Of a DNA stretch of 60,350 nt, positions 1 to 12,640 are shown piece by piece. Positions within the stretch are counted from its first letter, which is position 1; each line of letters opens with the position of its first letter. This DNA comes from Octopus bimaculoides (taxonomy: Eukaryota), in NCBI RefSeq assembly GCF_001194135.2, contig NC_068991.1, forward strand, positions 25,113,196-25,173,545, written 5' to 3'. The notes under the pieces were generated by a model. The model ran no database searches. It saw only the letters and a program-made list of their open reading frames with translations, and was not told the origin of the DNA. The translations under genes and the position numbers were made by a program.

Positions 1-600
1 CTCAGAACGTAAAGACAGACGAAATACCACTAAAAAGAGAAGGGATATTGTAAATATTTTAAAAAATGAACTGACTGTAAGTAATGTCATTTCTGTAATA
101 TCAGGTGAAGTAAATTTGATCAAGACACTTTCCTGTCAGAGGGGTAGTCTAAATTTATATTGCTTTCAAGTTTTGGCGCAAGGCCAGCAATTTCAAGGAA
201 GAGGTTAAGTCGATTGGATCGACTCCAGTGATTTACTTGTACTTATTTTATCGACTCCAGAAGGATGAATAGCAAAGTCGAGCTCGGCGGAATTTGAACT
301 CAGAACGTAAAGACAGACGAAATGCCGCAAAGCATTTTGCCCGGCTTGCTAACGATTGTACAAGCTCGTCTCCTGTAAGGATTAATTTATACTGTTTTCA
401 AATTTGACACAAGGCCAGCAATTACGGGGCAAGGGGTATGTCGATTGCATCGACCCCAGTGCTCAACTGGTACCTATTTAATCTACCCCAAAAAGATGAA
501 AGACAAAGTTGGCCTCGGTGGAATTTGCACTCAGAACGCGACGTCGGACGCAATGCTACTAAGCATTTTGTCTGGCGTACTAATGACTCTGCCAGCTCGC
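1..600 (-). mobile_element. Three adjacent copies of tRNA-type SINE family A (1-33 partial, ~164-374, ~396-600)
   Basis: Shared sequence (gaactcagaacgtaaagacagacgaaat...gccagctcgc) recurs many times in the window. Confidence 0.85.
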
Positions 601-723
601 TGACTTCGGATAAATTAATATTAACACTTGTTTGCTTGTGCATCCGTCCATCCGCCAGTCTGACTCTGCGTCTGTCCGTGTGTGTATATATATGAATAGA
701 TGGGTATGTGTATGTAATGATGT

Positions 724-760
<37 letters not shown>

Positions 761-986
761 AATAGATGCGTATATATATGTATGTAGTGATGTGTGTGTT
801 TGGGTTTGTATGAATAGATGGATATAAATGTGTATGTGAGAGCGCGTTTTGGCATTTCATTGATGGTTGCTAGATCGTGGTTTCAATTACTAAACCGTGT
901 GGTGCGTTTGTTGTTCTGGAAGAAATTGCAGAACCTTGTTTTTCGGAGTGTGTGAGACTACCATTCATATGTGCATGCAGTGATGT

Positions 987-1087
<101 letters not shown>

Positions 1088-1200
1088 CGTGCGCGCGCGC
1101 GTATGGTTATGTGTCTGTTCACATGCATATATATGTGTGTTATGTAAGCAGAAAGATGGAAAGAAATACACGTAAAATGACAAACACAGAGTAACAAACA

Positions 1201-1568
1201 TACACGAGGGAGACACAAAAATTATACGCACTCTTGTTTTACAATGTATTTGCACAAAAGTAGGGGATAAGCAAGTACGTCATTTTTCTAGACAGTCTTC
1301 TTCCTTTTCGATGCACTTCGTTCAGCTGTCCACAAGTTTGCGTATTTCCTCCAAGAAGAAGGTTATCGGTTGGTCGTGGAACCATTTATGCACCGTTTCC
1401 TTCACATCTTCATCCGTAGGAAATCGACGACCCCGTAAACTATCTTTGAGTAAACGATCACGTGACCACAATAGTACCAACTATAAGCACGTATGCGCAG
1501 AAGGCTGTGTGACAATTATAAAGAAATGTTATGGCGAAAGTGCGGATAATTTTTTACTTCCCCTCATA
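1201..1568 (-). mobile_element. Internally deleted mariner (~370 bp) retaining both TIRs
   Basis: Minus-strand 1465-1285 reads LLKDSLRGRRFPTDEDVKETVHKWFHDQPITFFLEEIRKLVDS*TKCIEKEEDCLEK, a mariner transposase C-terminus. Imperfect ~30-bp TIRs at 1201-1232 and 1539-1568, with TA ends. Confidence 0.8.
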
Positions 1569-3938
1569 AACACACACATATATACAGATAAATAGAAAAA
1601 GAAAGAAATAAACAGATGAAAAACTGCACACATATACACACACACGCACACAGAGACACACACACACACATAAACACACACACGCACACACAAACACACA
1701 TGATGAGTGCGTACATGTGTGTATGTGAAAATGCATATGGAAGAGAGGATGAATATTATGGCCAAGCGGCCCTATAAATACATAGACCAGCAAACAGCTG
1801 AACACAGATGAACCCACAATTTCATATATATANNNNNNNNNNNNNNNNNNNNNNNNNNNNNNNNNNNNNNNNNNNNNNNNNNNNNNNNNNNNNNNNNNNN
1901 NNNNNNNNNNNNNNNNNNNNNNNNNNNNNNNNNNNNNNNNNNNNNNNNNNNNNNNNNNNNNNNNNNNNNNNNNNNNNNNNNNNNNNNNNNNNNNNNNNNN
2001 NNNNNNNNNNNNNNNNNNNNNNNNNNNNNNNNNNNNNNNNNNNNNNNNNNNNNNNNNNNNNNNNNNNNNNNNNNNNNNNNNNNNNNNNNNNNNNNNNNNN
2101 NNNNNNNNNNNNNNNNNNNNNNNNNNNNNNNNNNNNNNNNNNNNNNNNNNNNNNNNNNNNNNNNNNNNNNNNNNNNNNNNNNNNNNNNNNNNNNNNNNNN
2201 NNNNNNNNNNNNNNNNNNNNNNNNNNNNNNNNNNNNNNNNNNNNNNNNNNNNNNNNNNNNNNNNNNNNNNNNNNNNNNNNNNNNNNNNNNNNNNNNNNNN
2301 NNNNNNNNNNNNNNNNNNNNNNNNNNNNNNNNNNNNNNNNNNNNNNNNNNNNNNNNNNNNNNNNNNNNNNNNNNNNNNNNNNNNNNNNNNNNNNNNNNNN
2401 NNNNNNNNNNNNNNNNNNNNNNNNNNNNNNNNNNNNNNNNNNNNNNNNNNNNNNNNNNNNNNNNNNNNNNNNNNNNNNNNNNNNNNNNNNNNNNNNNNNN
2501 NNNNNNNNNNNNNNNNNNNNNNNNNNNNNNNNNNNNNNNNNNNNNNNNNNNNNNNNNNNNNNNNNNNNNNNNNNNTATATATATATATATATATGTATTT
2601 ACGCACTCTGCACATACACTCATACGCACACATATCTTGTGGTTTTGTTATCTAAGCATACATAGACACTTAGACAAATACACGTACTCACATTGACATG
2701 CAAAGCAATATATTAGGTTGCCATGTTTACAAGTAACGGATATTGAAACCAGCAAAGAAACTTATACTTAGTCACTTAAACCAAGAAACTATTTGCTAAT
2801 ATATATTCTAACTTCTCCGAAATGGGGTTCACTTGATTGCAAATTGTTGTGAGCAGAAGTCGTACAATGAAAAACACTAGAACGATGTCTCCATTGATAG
2901 TAAAACTCAGCTGAAAGCAAGCCGCCATGTTTCTTTTTCTTGTACTTTCGTCCACTCTATCTCTTTTTTTTTGCACATACTCTTATGCCCCTTTCTCTAT
3001 ATTGTCTGTCTCTCAGTGTTTATTAATACTCTGTATTTTATCTTCCACTGTCGTTCTATCTCTCAGTTTCTGTCTTTCTCTCCTTTTTTATACTTTTTCG
3101 TATTTGCCTTCATTCAAGGTATTCATCTTTCAGTTTGTGTGTGTGTTTGTCTCTCTGACTAAATGTCTCTGTGTAGTCTCCCTATCTTTACATATATCTG
3201 CTTCTCACCGCGTATCATTTCATTCCCCACCTCTTACTATCTGCACATGATTAAATATCTCCATCTTACTCTCTTTCTGTGCCTGTCTTATTTTAACCCT
3301 CCTGTAAGTTCTCCGTCACTTTCTCACAACTCCATGTTCCCCACTTTTCTCTACGATATTTTATTCCCCATATTGAAACTGATAACAGCTCTGGAAACTC
3401 GCTGAAATTTCTAAGAAATTAGATTTTTATTTTTACTGTTACAGTTATGTAGTACTTTTATGTTGTTACTGTTATTATTATCTTACTAAATTTTAATTTG
3501 TGAGAAATAATCCGTAGAAATATCCATGGAAATCGATATTTCTAGTGAAATATACAAAAGCCGGATCCATTTTCTCCTAGTCATAAACTTTAATATCCGG
3601 ATTGATTTCATACACAATATGGACTCCAGTGAAATAGCGAGATAACCAATAATAAAAAAAAAAGACAAAACAAAAGCAAAACAAAGAACAAAAAAACTAA
3701 AAAACCCAAAAAAGTCACAACAACGAAAACACAGCTGAAAAATTCAATGACTTTATTAAAATTTGTTCTATTGCTGAAGGATTTTTATTGCTACCATTAA
3801 CCTATGGATTGGAATCAATCAACGTCTCGTATCATTAAGATCATTATATTTTCTGACTTGTTTTATTACATTTTGTTGCTTTTATTTGAACAAAATAATC
3901 CAAATTGCCAAAAAATATAAACAAAAGCATTTTTAATA

Positions 3939-4007
<69 letters not shown>

Positions 4008-4008
<1 letters not shown>

Positions 4009-4320
4009 AGGCGGTAGCTCGTCAAAATCTGTAGAACATCGGAGTGGTGAATAGTAGAACTGGTAGATCATCAGGATAAGGATGTGGTGCAATATTAGGT
4101 TGAGGGTATGGTAGAATTGTCAGAGAGAGTTATGGAAAAGCAGAATCGGTAGAGAGTTGTGTAGAATGTCTTGAAGTATTTCTTTTGTTTCTTTATATTC
4201 TGAGTTCCAATCCTACTGCAGTCAACTTTATAGTTCGTCTTTCAGGAATCAATAAAATAAAGTACCAGCCATGAACTGAACTAAAATTTATCGAGAAATC
4301 CTCCCCCAACCAAATTTGTA
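4008..4320 (+). mobile_element. Degenerate SINE family A copy with internal expansion
   Basis: Head aaggcggtagctcgtcaaaatc and body ttctgagttccaatcctactgcagtcaacttt...aataaaataaagtaccag; preceded by (ATT)n at 3941-4007. Confidence 0.6.
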
Positions 4321-4344
4321 GTCTTGTGTCTATTTTATTCTTTT

Positions 4345-4896
4345 ATTCTTTTACTTGTTTCAGTCATTTGACTGCGGTCATGCTGGAACACCGCCTTGAA
4401 GGGTTTATTTTTGTCGAAAAAATCGACCTCAGGACTTATTTTCAAAGGCTAGTACTTATTCTGTCACCCTTTCTTGTCAAACCGCTAAGTTATGGTGACG
4501 TAAACACATCAACACCGGTTGTCAAGTGATGAGGAGAGGGACAAACACAAACACAAAAACACACACGTACGCTCGCGCGCGCGCACACAGACGCATATGC
4601 ATATATATTTGATCCTTTATATTGAACACTCAATATTTCATCTACATTCAATACTTTATTTCATGGTGCCATCCATTTTTATTTTATTTTATTTTATATT
4701 ATATATTGTATATTATATTATATATTGTATATTATATTATATATTGTATATTCCATATTCTATACCCCATATTGGTTCTGCAGGAATATAAATAAAACAT
4801 AAAAAACAGACAGTGTTGGAACTCTTTTAAACAAAATAATATATTCCTCTATACACAATCATACAAAAAACCACCGTTTTTGTATTTATTTTTACT

Positions 4897-4928
<32 letters not shown>

Positions 4929-5085
4929 CGACGGGCTTCTTTCAGTTTCCGTCTACCAAATCCACTCACAAAGCTTTGGTCAGCCCGAGGCTATAGCAGA
5001 AGACACTTCCCCAAGGTACTACGCAGTGGGACTGAACTCGGAACCATGTGATTGGGAAGCAAGCTTCTTACATACGGCCATGCCA
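4345..5085 (-). mobile_element. SINE family B (tail 4345-4560, tRNA-like head 4928-5085)
   Basis: cttttacttgtttcagtcatttgactgcgg... tail and ...gggactgaactcggaaccatgtg... head. Homologous to 12110-12425, 36825-37222 and 42243-44058. Confidence 0.8.
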
Positions 5086-6391
5086 GTTAGCAGTTAGTAT
5101 TTAGTCACATCCCTTTGTGCTCTATGTTCAAAATCTGCTGTAGTTGATTTTGCTTTACGTCTCTTGAATAAGGTACTCGTTAATTACTAGGGTCAGTTTA
5201 ATCGAGTGGTCCCTTCCTATAAATGTGTGGGCCCCGTGTGTTGAAACTATTCGCCTGCTGAACGTCAGTACTAGTACCACCATCCCAATATAATCAAACG
5301 TTGTTAATTTCATTGGAAACAATAAATTATTGCGTGGATCTAAGTATTCAAGGAGTGGAACGTACAATTGCCTTTAAAGCCAGACTGTTTCATGACCCCA
5401 GCAGAGAAAGCGTTGCTTCCGAGGGTGGTGAGAGAGATGCGCTGGAACAGCTACCCTGACTCACAAGGCGTGCACTGAAAAAAAGAAAACAAACAAAAAA
5501 ACCCCCTTCAGATTCACCGTTTTTCGACAAACGTTTCAACGGCAAACGTATAGTGATACTGGTGATGGTGATGATGCTGGTGATAACGATGATGACAACA
5601 GCTACCATGCTGATGAAAATTTTGATGACAATGATGAGAATTGTGATGATGAAGTGTGGACAATATTGTTTGTGGTAATGATTATGACAACAACGATAAT
5701 GGGGATTGATGAAAGGGATAACGTGGATGAACACAAGGGGTATGATAATGTCTATCTATATAAGAGACCATTATTATTAATATATCATCATCATTATCAT
5801 TATTATCATTATTATCATTATTATCATTATTATCATCATCTTTATTTCTACATATGAAAGATTTTCTTTATTTTTAATATTGTTCTTGTTCTCATCATTA
5901 TACCTTACGAGTTTTCTTTTAACTTGTACATTTAAAAAAAGATAATATTCTTTCGTTTTCATGTTTGAAAATTGTATTTTATTTTTCCAGATAACTTTCT
6001 GCTGACATTAAATTATATTCCACGTCAAGTGGTTAATATATATAAACCTGATGATATGAAAATATGCTGTTAGAATTGTTTTAGAGGGAGAAAGCGGGAG
6101 GGAGAGAGAGAGAGAGAGAGNNNNNNNNNNNNNNNNNNNNNNNNNNNNNNNNNNNNNNNNNNNNNNNNNNNNNNNNNNNNNNNNNNNNNNNNNNNNNNNN
6201 NNNNNNNNNNNNNNNNNNNNNNNNNNNNNNNNNNNNNNNNNNNNNNNNNNNNNNNNNNNNNNNNNNNNNNNNNNNNNNNNNNNNNNNNNNNNNNNNNNNN
6301 NNNNNNNNNNNNNNNNNNNNNNNNNNNNNNNNNNNNNNNNNNNNNNNNNNNNNNNNNNNNNNNNNNNNNNNNNNNNNNNNNNNNNNNNNNN

Positions 6392-6457
<66 letters not shown>

Positions 6458-6530
6458 CATTTGTATATAGGTGTGTATGTATATGTACATGCATGCATGC
6501 GTGTATAAACATATACCCAAACGTGTATAT

Positions 6531-6537
6531 CTATCTG

Positions 6538-6587
<50 letters not shown>

Positions 6588-6601
6588 CATCTGTCTATCT
6601 G

Positions 6602-6649
<48 letters not shown>

Positions 6650-6650
6650 C

Positions 6651-6689
<39 letters not shown>

Positions 6690-6702
6690 CCTATCTACCT
6701 AC

Positions 6703-6778
<76 letters not shown>
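6531..6778. repeat. Long (TATC)n tetranucleotide microsatellite
   Basis: About 250 bp of near-perfect TATC repeats, seen directly. Confidence 0.97.
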
Positions 6779-7244
6779 ATTTGTATTATAATATATTGAT
6801 GTATTTGTAAGCTTATTCTATTCATGTTGAAATATGAAGTTTCTATCAGGCTTCTACTTTTTTTTAGCATTGTTTATTTCGTTTTGTTAAATAAATGTGT
6901 AAAATTTATCACCCTTATATACTTGTCACCTCTATGACGCCGACGACGACCACGATGACGACGACGACGACCACCACCACCACCACCGACGACGACAACA
7001 ACAACAATAACAACAACAACCATCTAGTGTCCCTGCAACAACGATTGTAACCATTCCGGAATATTGTTACCACCTCCACTATAACAACAACTACTACTAG
7101 TATCATCTTACAATTTCCATTTCCATGGTCATCATCTTCCCGACCCGCACCTGAACTGCCGACGACTAATTACACAGTGTAACAAAATTTTTTTCTTTGT
7201 CTTTGGTCAATAAGCGCTGTTTTCTGTTTGCTTCTATCGAGAAA

Positions 7245-7670
7245 TCAAAGGAAATGACTGCTATTCCTTTTAAACTTTGCTTTTGTGACCTGGACATTAG
7301 TGTTCTGAAACTGTCTCTATTTCCCATTACATTTCAGACAGATTCAGCGCCGAGTTACTGAAGCAGAAATATCATTATAACAAATATTCTGTTCAATACT
7401 ACAGATTTACTTATCAGTTGCTTGACCATAACCACTTGAGCATCTTCCTTAGTGACTGACAATATGTGCCTCTCTGATCATGACCAGGAGTAGTCGGGTG
7501 GGGAGCATCATAACGATGTGTTGATAAAGGTTCTTTGGGGTTTGAATAAATGTAACAAAAGCAAAGTTTGAAGGAAATGTTAGCTATTTTTCATACTTTC
7601 TAAAGGTAAGCAAATAGGAAATACCAGTTGCTACACAAGGACAAAAATCGTGTTACACAGTGTTATTAAT
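7245..7670. repeat. Dispersed repeat family G, copy 1 (in the EPS8 intron)
   Basis: Collinear similarity to 30620-31035 (e.g. ccattacatttcagacagattcagcgc.gagtt.ctgaagcagaa). Confidence 0.75.
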
Positions 7671-7860
7671 ATTCTTACTGTTATGACAATTACTTGTCAC
7701 GTTTACCCCCATCATCATGATAATCAGCCTAAGATTTTGAGAAAAATCTTGGTCTCTCTAAGAATTTAGCGCCTCTAAATCCCAGCCCGCGCTTATTTGT
7801 CGCTTATGACAGTTTCAATTTGGCCGCTGTATTTAAACAATTTTGTCTTTAATATTTTAG

Positions 7861-8035
7861 AAAACACAGGTATGGACACAGTAGACAATATTGTTGCTCA
7901 AATAGATAACACAAACATTAACAATGACTATGAGCACAAGCAACAGAACCGGAAACCACGCTCCTCTAGTATTACTTCAACAGCCAATCAACCGGAAGTC
8001 CGTGCTTGGCTTCAAAGAAATGGCTTCACATCTAA
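7861..8035 (+). CDS. EPS8: EPS8-family gene, internal exon (effector-region helix and start of SAM domain)
   Basis: Acceptor ttttag|AAAAC (phase 1) and donor TCT AA|gtaagt (phase 2). Translation (E)NTGMDTVDNIVAQIDNTNINNDYEHKQQNRKPRSSSITSTANQPEVRAWLQRNGFTS(K). ITSTANQPEVRAWLQRNGF resembles the EPS8 SAM start (ITYDSTPEDVKTWLQSKGF), compared from memory. Confidence 0.85.
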
Positions 8036-8140
8036 GTAAGTTTGCGTTCTTTTTGATTGATATAACAACCGATCTTTCCAATATATATATATGCATAAAA
8101 TATGCTTACTTTGCTTATGATAACCGATACAAAATAAACG

Positions 8141-8171
<31 letters not shown>

Positions 8172-8496
8172 AATAATACAAATAATATGTGAGTATATGC
8201 ATATATACGTACATGTATGTACATACCTACATCTACATGTATATATAGATGCATATCTGGGTACAGGACGTCACAAAAAAAAAAGCGTGGACAGAACATA
8301 AGCAGATCACTAAGAAAAAAGAGGCAGCCAGAATTTTGGATAGTTCTTTATTTAGCGTTTTCATCAATTCATGAGGAATTTTCAAAATCTTCATTTTTGA
8401 AAAATCCTCATGAATGGATGAAAGCGATAAATAGAGAATTATCCAAAATTCTGACTGCCTTCTTTTTTCTTAATATACAATACACCACTTCTCCAA

Positions 8497-8546
<50 letters not shown>

Positions 8547-9693
8547 CACACACACACACACGCACGCACGCACACACGCGCGCATGCATACACACATATA
8601 TATGGACCATAAAAAGTTAGGTGGTATGAGAAGTGAATATATTTATTTGACCACTTGATATCGGTAGGGTTACAGCCGTTTCGGATATCATACCTCTGAA
8701 CATTTTATGGTTTATATACCCCTCATAAAATGATATCATCGATTGTATCTCCTGAATTTCAGTTGCATAGAACTCTGCATTATATCCTTCGTAATGGATT
8801 TCCATGTGCTATAATAGCTGGGTCAACTAGAGGAGCTTTGTGTGAAAGCCATAGGATTATATGAACCATATATTGCACTAGAAATATATATATATGTATT
8901 TATGTATGTATGTATGTATATGTGTGTGAGGTTGATCTACTCTAGTTCAGTTCAGATTGAGTAGATATTAACAAAGCACCCTTACCATAAGCATTTCGTC
9001 TTTTGCTCAAATAATGTACCCAGGACTGCATCATCAACGTGTTAATATTTTAAGGCGGCGAGCTGGCAGAAACGTTAGCACAGGATGAAATCTAAAGTTT
9101 GACGAATATATATATATATATATATATANNNNNNNNNNNNNNNNNNNNNNNNNNNNNNNNNNNNNNNNNNNNNNNNNNNNNNNNNNNNNNNNNNNNNNNN
9201 NNNNNNNNNNNNNNNNNNNNNNNNNNNNNNNNNNNNNNNNNNNNNNNNNNNNNNNNNNNNNNNNNNNNNNNNNNNNNNNNNNNNNNNNNNNNNNNNNNNN
9301 NNNNNNNNNNNNNNNNNNNNNNNNNNNNNNNNNNNNNNNNNNNNNNNNNNNNNNNNNNNNNNNNNNNNNNNNNNNNNNNNNNNNNNNNNNNNNNNNNNNN
9401 NNNNNNNNNNNNNNNNNNNNNNNNNNNNNNNNNNNNNNNNNNNNNNNNNNNNNNNNNNNNNNNNNNNNNNNNNNNNNNNNNNNNNNNNNNNNNNNNNNNN
9501 NNNNNNNNNNNNNNNNNNNNNNNNNNNNNNNNNNNNNNNNNNNNNNNNNNNNNNNNNNNNNNNNNNNNNNNNNNNNNNNNNNNNNNNNNNNNNNNNNNNN
9601 NNNNNNNNNNNNNNNNNNNNNNNNNNNNNNNNNNNNNNNNNNNNNNNNNNNNNNNNNNNNNNNNNNNNNNNNNNNNNNNNNNNNNNNNNNNNN

Positions 9694-10500
9694 NTCTCGT
9701 TCAGGAGATGATAGCCTTGAAAATAAACCAAGTGGTAGACCAAAATCAGATATTCGGCATGATGGATTAAATGCTTTGACTGAACAAAATCCGAGAACAA
9801 AGGTTCGAAAACTTTCATCAAAACTCCAAACATCTCCCACAACTGTTTTTGGACACCTGTAAAAACATTGGAAAAGTCAAGAAAACGGACAGGCTTATTA
9901 CACATCAACTGAACGAGGTTCAAGAAAACAGACGCCTCGAAGTGTGCTCCTTATTGCTTTCTCGACTGGAAAAAGACCATTTTTGTATCGTCATTACTTG
10001 TGATGAGAAATCTCAAATCCACTAGTGCACCCTAAAAAGTTAGTGGTCACTGTGTGGCGGTCTGCGAAGGGAGTTATTCATTATTCATTTTTGCAACAAG
10101 GAAAATTAGTAACAGCAACATCGTATTGCCAGGAAATTGATTATATGCATGAGAATTTGAAAAAGAAGCAACCCAAACTAGTGAATAGAGATGGCCCAAT
10201 TTTGCTCCACGACAATGTACCACTTCAAACTCCTCAGGCTACGGTCCAAAAGTTGCAGAGCCTGAATTATGAGATTTTGCAGCATCCTCTCTATTCCTTT
10301 GATCTGTCTCCTACTGATCATTATTTATTTAAGAATTTTGAGCTTTTCATAAGCAATAAAACATTCTTAGAGAAAAGGTAATTGAAGCATTCTGACATTT
10401 TATTACAAGAAAAAGATGAATTTTTTTAAAGATGGAATATATGACATAGAGAAACGTTGAGCAAACGTCATAAATGAACATGGATCATACTTTGATTAAA
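9694..10500 (+). mobile_element. Degenerate mariner (DD34D) transposase, 5' end lost in the gap
   Basis: Translations SGRPKS...NPRT, VITCDEK, HPKKLVVTVWRSAKGVIHYSFL, ILLHDNVP, HPLYSFDLSPTDHYLF; contains frameshifts and stops. Confidence 0.92.
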
Positions 10501-10586
10501 TAAATCAGTTCTTTAACACTTCTCAAACATTTTATTGTTACCTTTCAAATACATTTCATGTAAAATAATTTAAGATATATATTTAT

Positions 10587-10621
<35 letters not shown>

Positions 10622-11231
10622 NNNNNNNNNNNNNNNNNNNNNNNNNNNNNNNNNNNNNNNNNNNNNNNNNNNNNNNNNNNNNNNNNNNNNNNNNNNNNNN
10701 NNNNNNNNNNNNNNNNNNNNNNNNNNNNNNNNNNNNNNNNNNNNNNNNNNNNNNNNNNNNNNNNNNNNNNNNNNNNNNNNNNNNNNNNNNNNNNNNNNNN
10801 NNNNNNNNNNNNNNNNNNNNNNNNNNNNNNNNNNNNNNNNNNNNNNNNNNNNNNNNNNNNNNNNNNNNNNNNNNNNNNNNNNNNNNNNNNNNNNNNNNNN
10901 NNNNNNNNNNNNNNNNNNNNNNNNNNNNNNNNNNNNNNNNNNNNNNNNNNNNNNNNNNNNNNNNNNNNNNNNNNNNNNNNNNNNNNTATATACATGGATA
11001 AAAACAGTTTGATTCAAATTCCTTGGTACTCTGAGTTTCAAGCATATCGCTAGTCTTCGGGCATTGGGGTCTGAATGAGAGTTCGGTTGAAGAAAGTTAA
11101 TGTTTACTACTGGACGTTAGCCTGTGATTGATCGAGAAAGCTCATGTGGTGTCGCAGTTTGATGTTGGTATTTCAGTGATAACAATTTCTTGGAAAATAG
11201 CGCATGGTGACGTGTATATATATATATATGG

Positions 11232-11350
11232 TTCAAATATACAAAAGCCCAAAGACAGAGACAGGGGAGGGAACAACAAGCGAAGTGTATTAGCTTGACG
11301 CTCGGGAAAACTGGAAAAGTCTTTGATGTTTCGAGCTTACGCTTTTCGAT
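11232..11350 (-). mobile_element. Probable Penelope-like terminal-repeat remnant with a half hammerhead motif
   Basis: Minus strand AGC-GTAA-GCT-C-GAAA-C-ATCA, i.e. stem II plus GAAA; the CUGANGA half is missing. Confidence 0.4.
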
Positions 11351-11904
11351 TATACACATACACTACAGATAACCCTAACCTTATGTTTGAGGAATCGATA
11401 TATCCTTAGAGATTTAGACTTGTTTCGCTATTCTCGTACCTTTTCAAAAATATTTCATAAGAATCCACAGGCGTAAGATATCGTTCTGAACGTATACTCA
11501 TACACCCATACACATAATGTATTTTACTGTATACATTGAGGTGCATACAATAAACATCGATATAATTGCAACATCAGATGTAATAAGGTAATGAATGTAA
11601 ACCATGATGCATAGAAATACAAATCATGAAACATATTTAAATATATATATAACTTTCACAGACATAAGCTCTTAATTTTATTGTAATCATTATTGTATGA
11701 TATTGTTTCCAGAAGTAACATTGCTTTTGTGCACTCAGCTTTTGTACTCTAAATATAGACACATATATATATTTAGGCATGATAGATCAAGCGCGCATGT
11801 GTATAATGAATCGTAAAAGAAATGCTATACTTGCAGATATTTCACGTAGTATTCTATTTAACGAAAAATCAATAACATTAAATTAGCATTTTCTTTTGAT
11901 ATAG

Positions 11905-12034
11905 AACCTGCAATATTCTCTGGAAATATGATGGCCGCGAGTTGTTCGCTTTAACAATGAATGAGCTTGAACAAATGCTTGGTCATGAGGAAGGTTACAA
12001 ACTTCAGTGTCACCTGGATGCTCGCAAACATAAG
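11905..12034 (+). CDS. EPS8: EPS8-family gene, SAM-domain exon
   Basis: Acceptor ttttgatatag|A completes the phase-2 Lys codon. It then encodes TCNILWKYDGRELFALTMNELEQMLGHEEGYKLQCHLDARKHK, with the EPS8 SAM pattern G.+LF.L...EL...G.EEG.+. Ends at AAG|gcaagt (GC donor, phase 0). Absent from the supplied ORF track. Confidence 0.88.
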
Positions 12035-12109
12035 GCAAGTATAAATACGTAATTCACTGAAGGGCGGAGACTTAGCGGAATGCGTATACCTTATCTTATC
12101 TCTTATCTC

Positions 12110-12322
12110 TTGTCTTTTACTTGTTTCAGTCATTAGACTGAGGTCATGCTGGGGCACCGCCTTGAATTCTTAGTCGAATGAATCGACCTCAGTATTTATT
12201 TTTATTAAGCCTGGTACTTATTGTATCAGTCTCTTTTGCCGAACCAACCGCTAAGTTACGGGGACGTAAACACACCAACAACAATTGTCAAGTGGTGATA
12301 GGGGGTCAAACACAGAAGCACA

Positions 12323-12397
<75 letters not shown>

Positions 12398-12425
12398 GCA
12401 CGCACGCACACAACGGGCTTCTTTC
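12110..12425 (-). mobile_element. SINE family B fragment inside the GC-AG intron
   Basis: Homologous to 4345-4560 and 36825-37030, with an internal (CA)n tract. Confidence 0.85.
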
Positions 12426-12571
12426 AGTACATTATCCACTGTATCTTCCCTTCCTTAGGATGGTGATGTGAAATTAAGAGATTTGGTTTGTTATTTGTAG
12501 TAGTGTCTCCTTAATTGGTTCACCACTTTCTGAGTTTAACTCTGTTCTGTCTCTTGGTTATGTTTTTACAG

Positions 12572-12640
12572 AAGAAACTGGGGTATGCTAATGAACTGGA
12601 AGCTGTTCTACGATTCCGCAGGGGACCACCCGAAAAGTAG
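12572..12640 (+). CDS. EPS8: EPS8-family gene, last coding exon
   Basis: Acceptor tgtttttacag|, phase 0. Encodes KKLGYANELEAVLRFRRGPPEK* (TAG 12638-12640). NELEAVLRFRR resembles the EPS8 C-terminal helix SELQEIMRRRQ. Confidence 0.82.
   Translation, partial: KKLGYANELEAVLRFRRGPPEK

Noticed and set aside
2776-2976. 66-aa minus-strand ORF with a hydrophobic stretch (IVLVFFIVRLLLTTICNQVNP)
   Set aside because: No recognisable family motif and no consistent splice-phase partner; the hydrophobicity is expected from AT-rich sequence.
8617-8805. Minus-strand ORF with a repeated YEGY motif
   Set aside because: Short, and antisense within an EPS8 intron. The repeat comes from a small nucleotide duplication in probable transposon-derived sequence.
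10025-10381. SETMAR-like gene call
   Set aside because: There is no SET domain and the transposase is frameshifted; it is a dead mariner copy.
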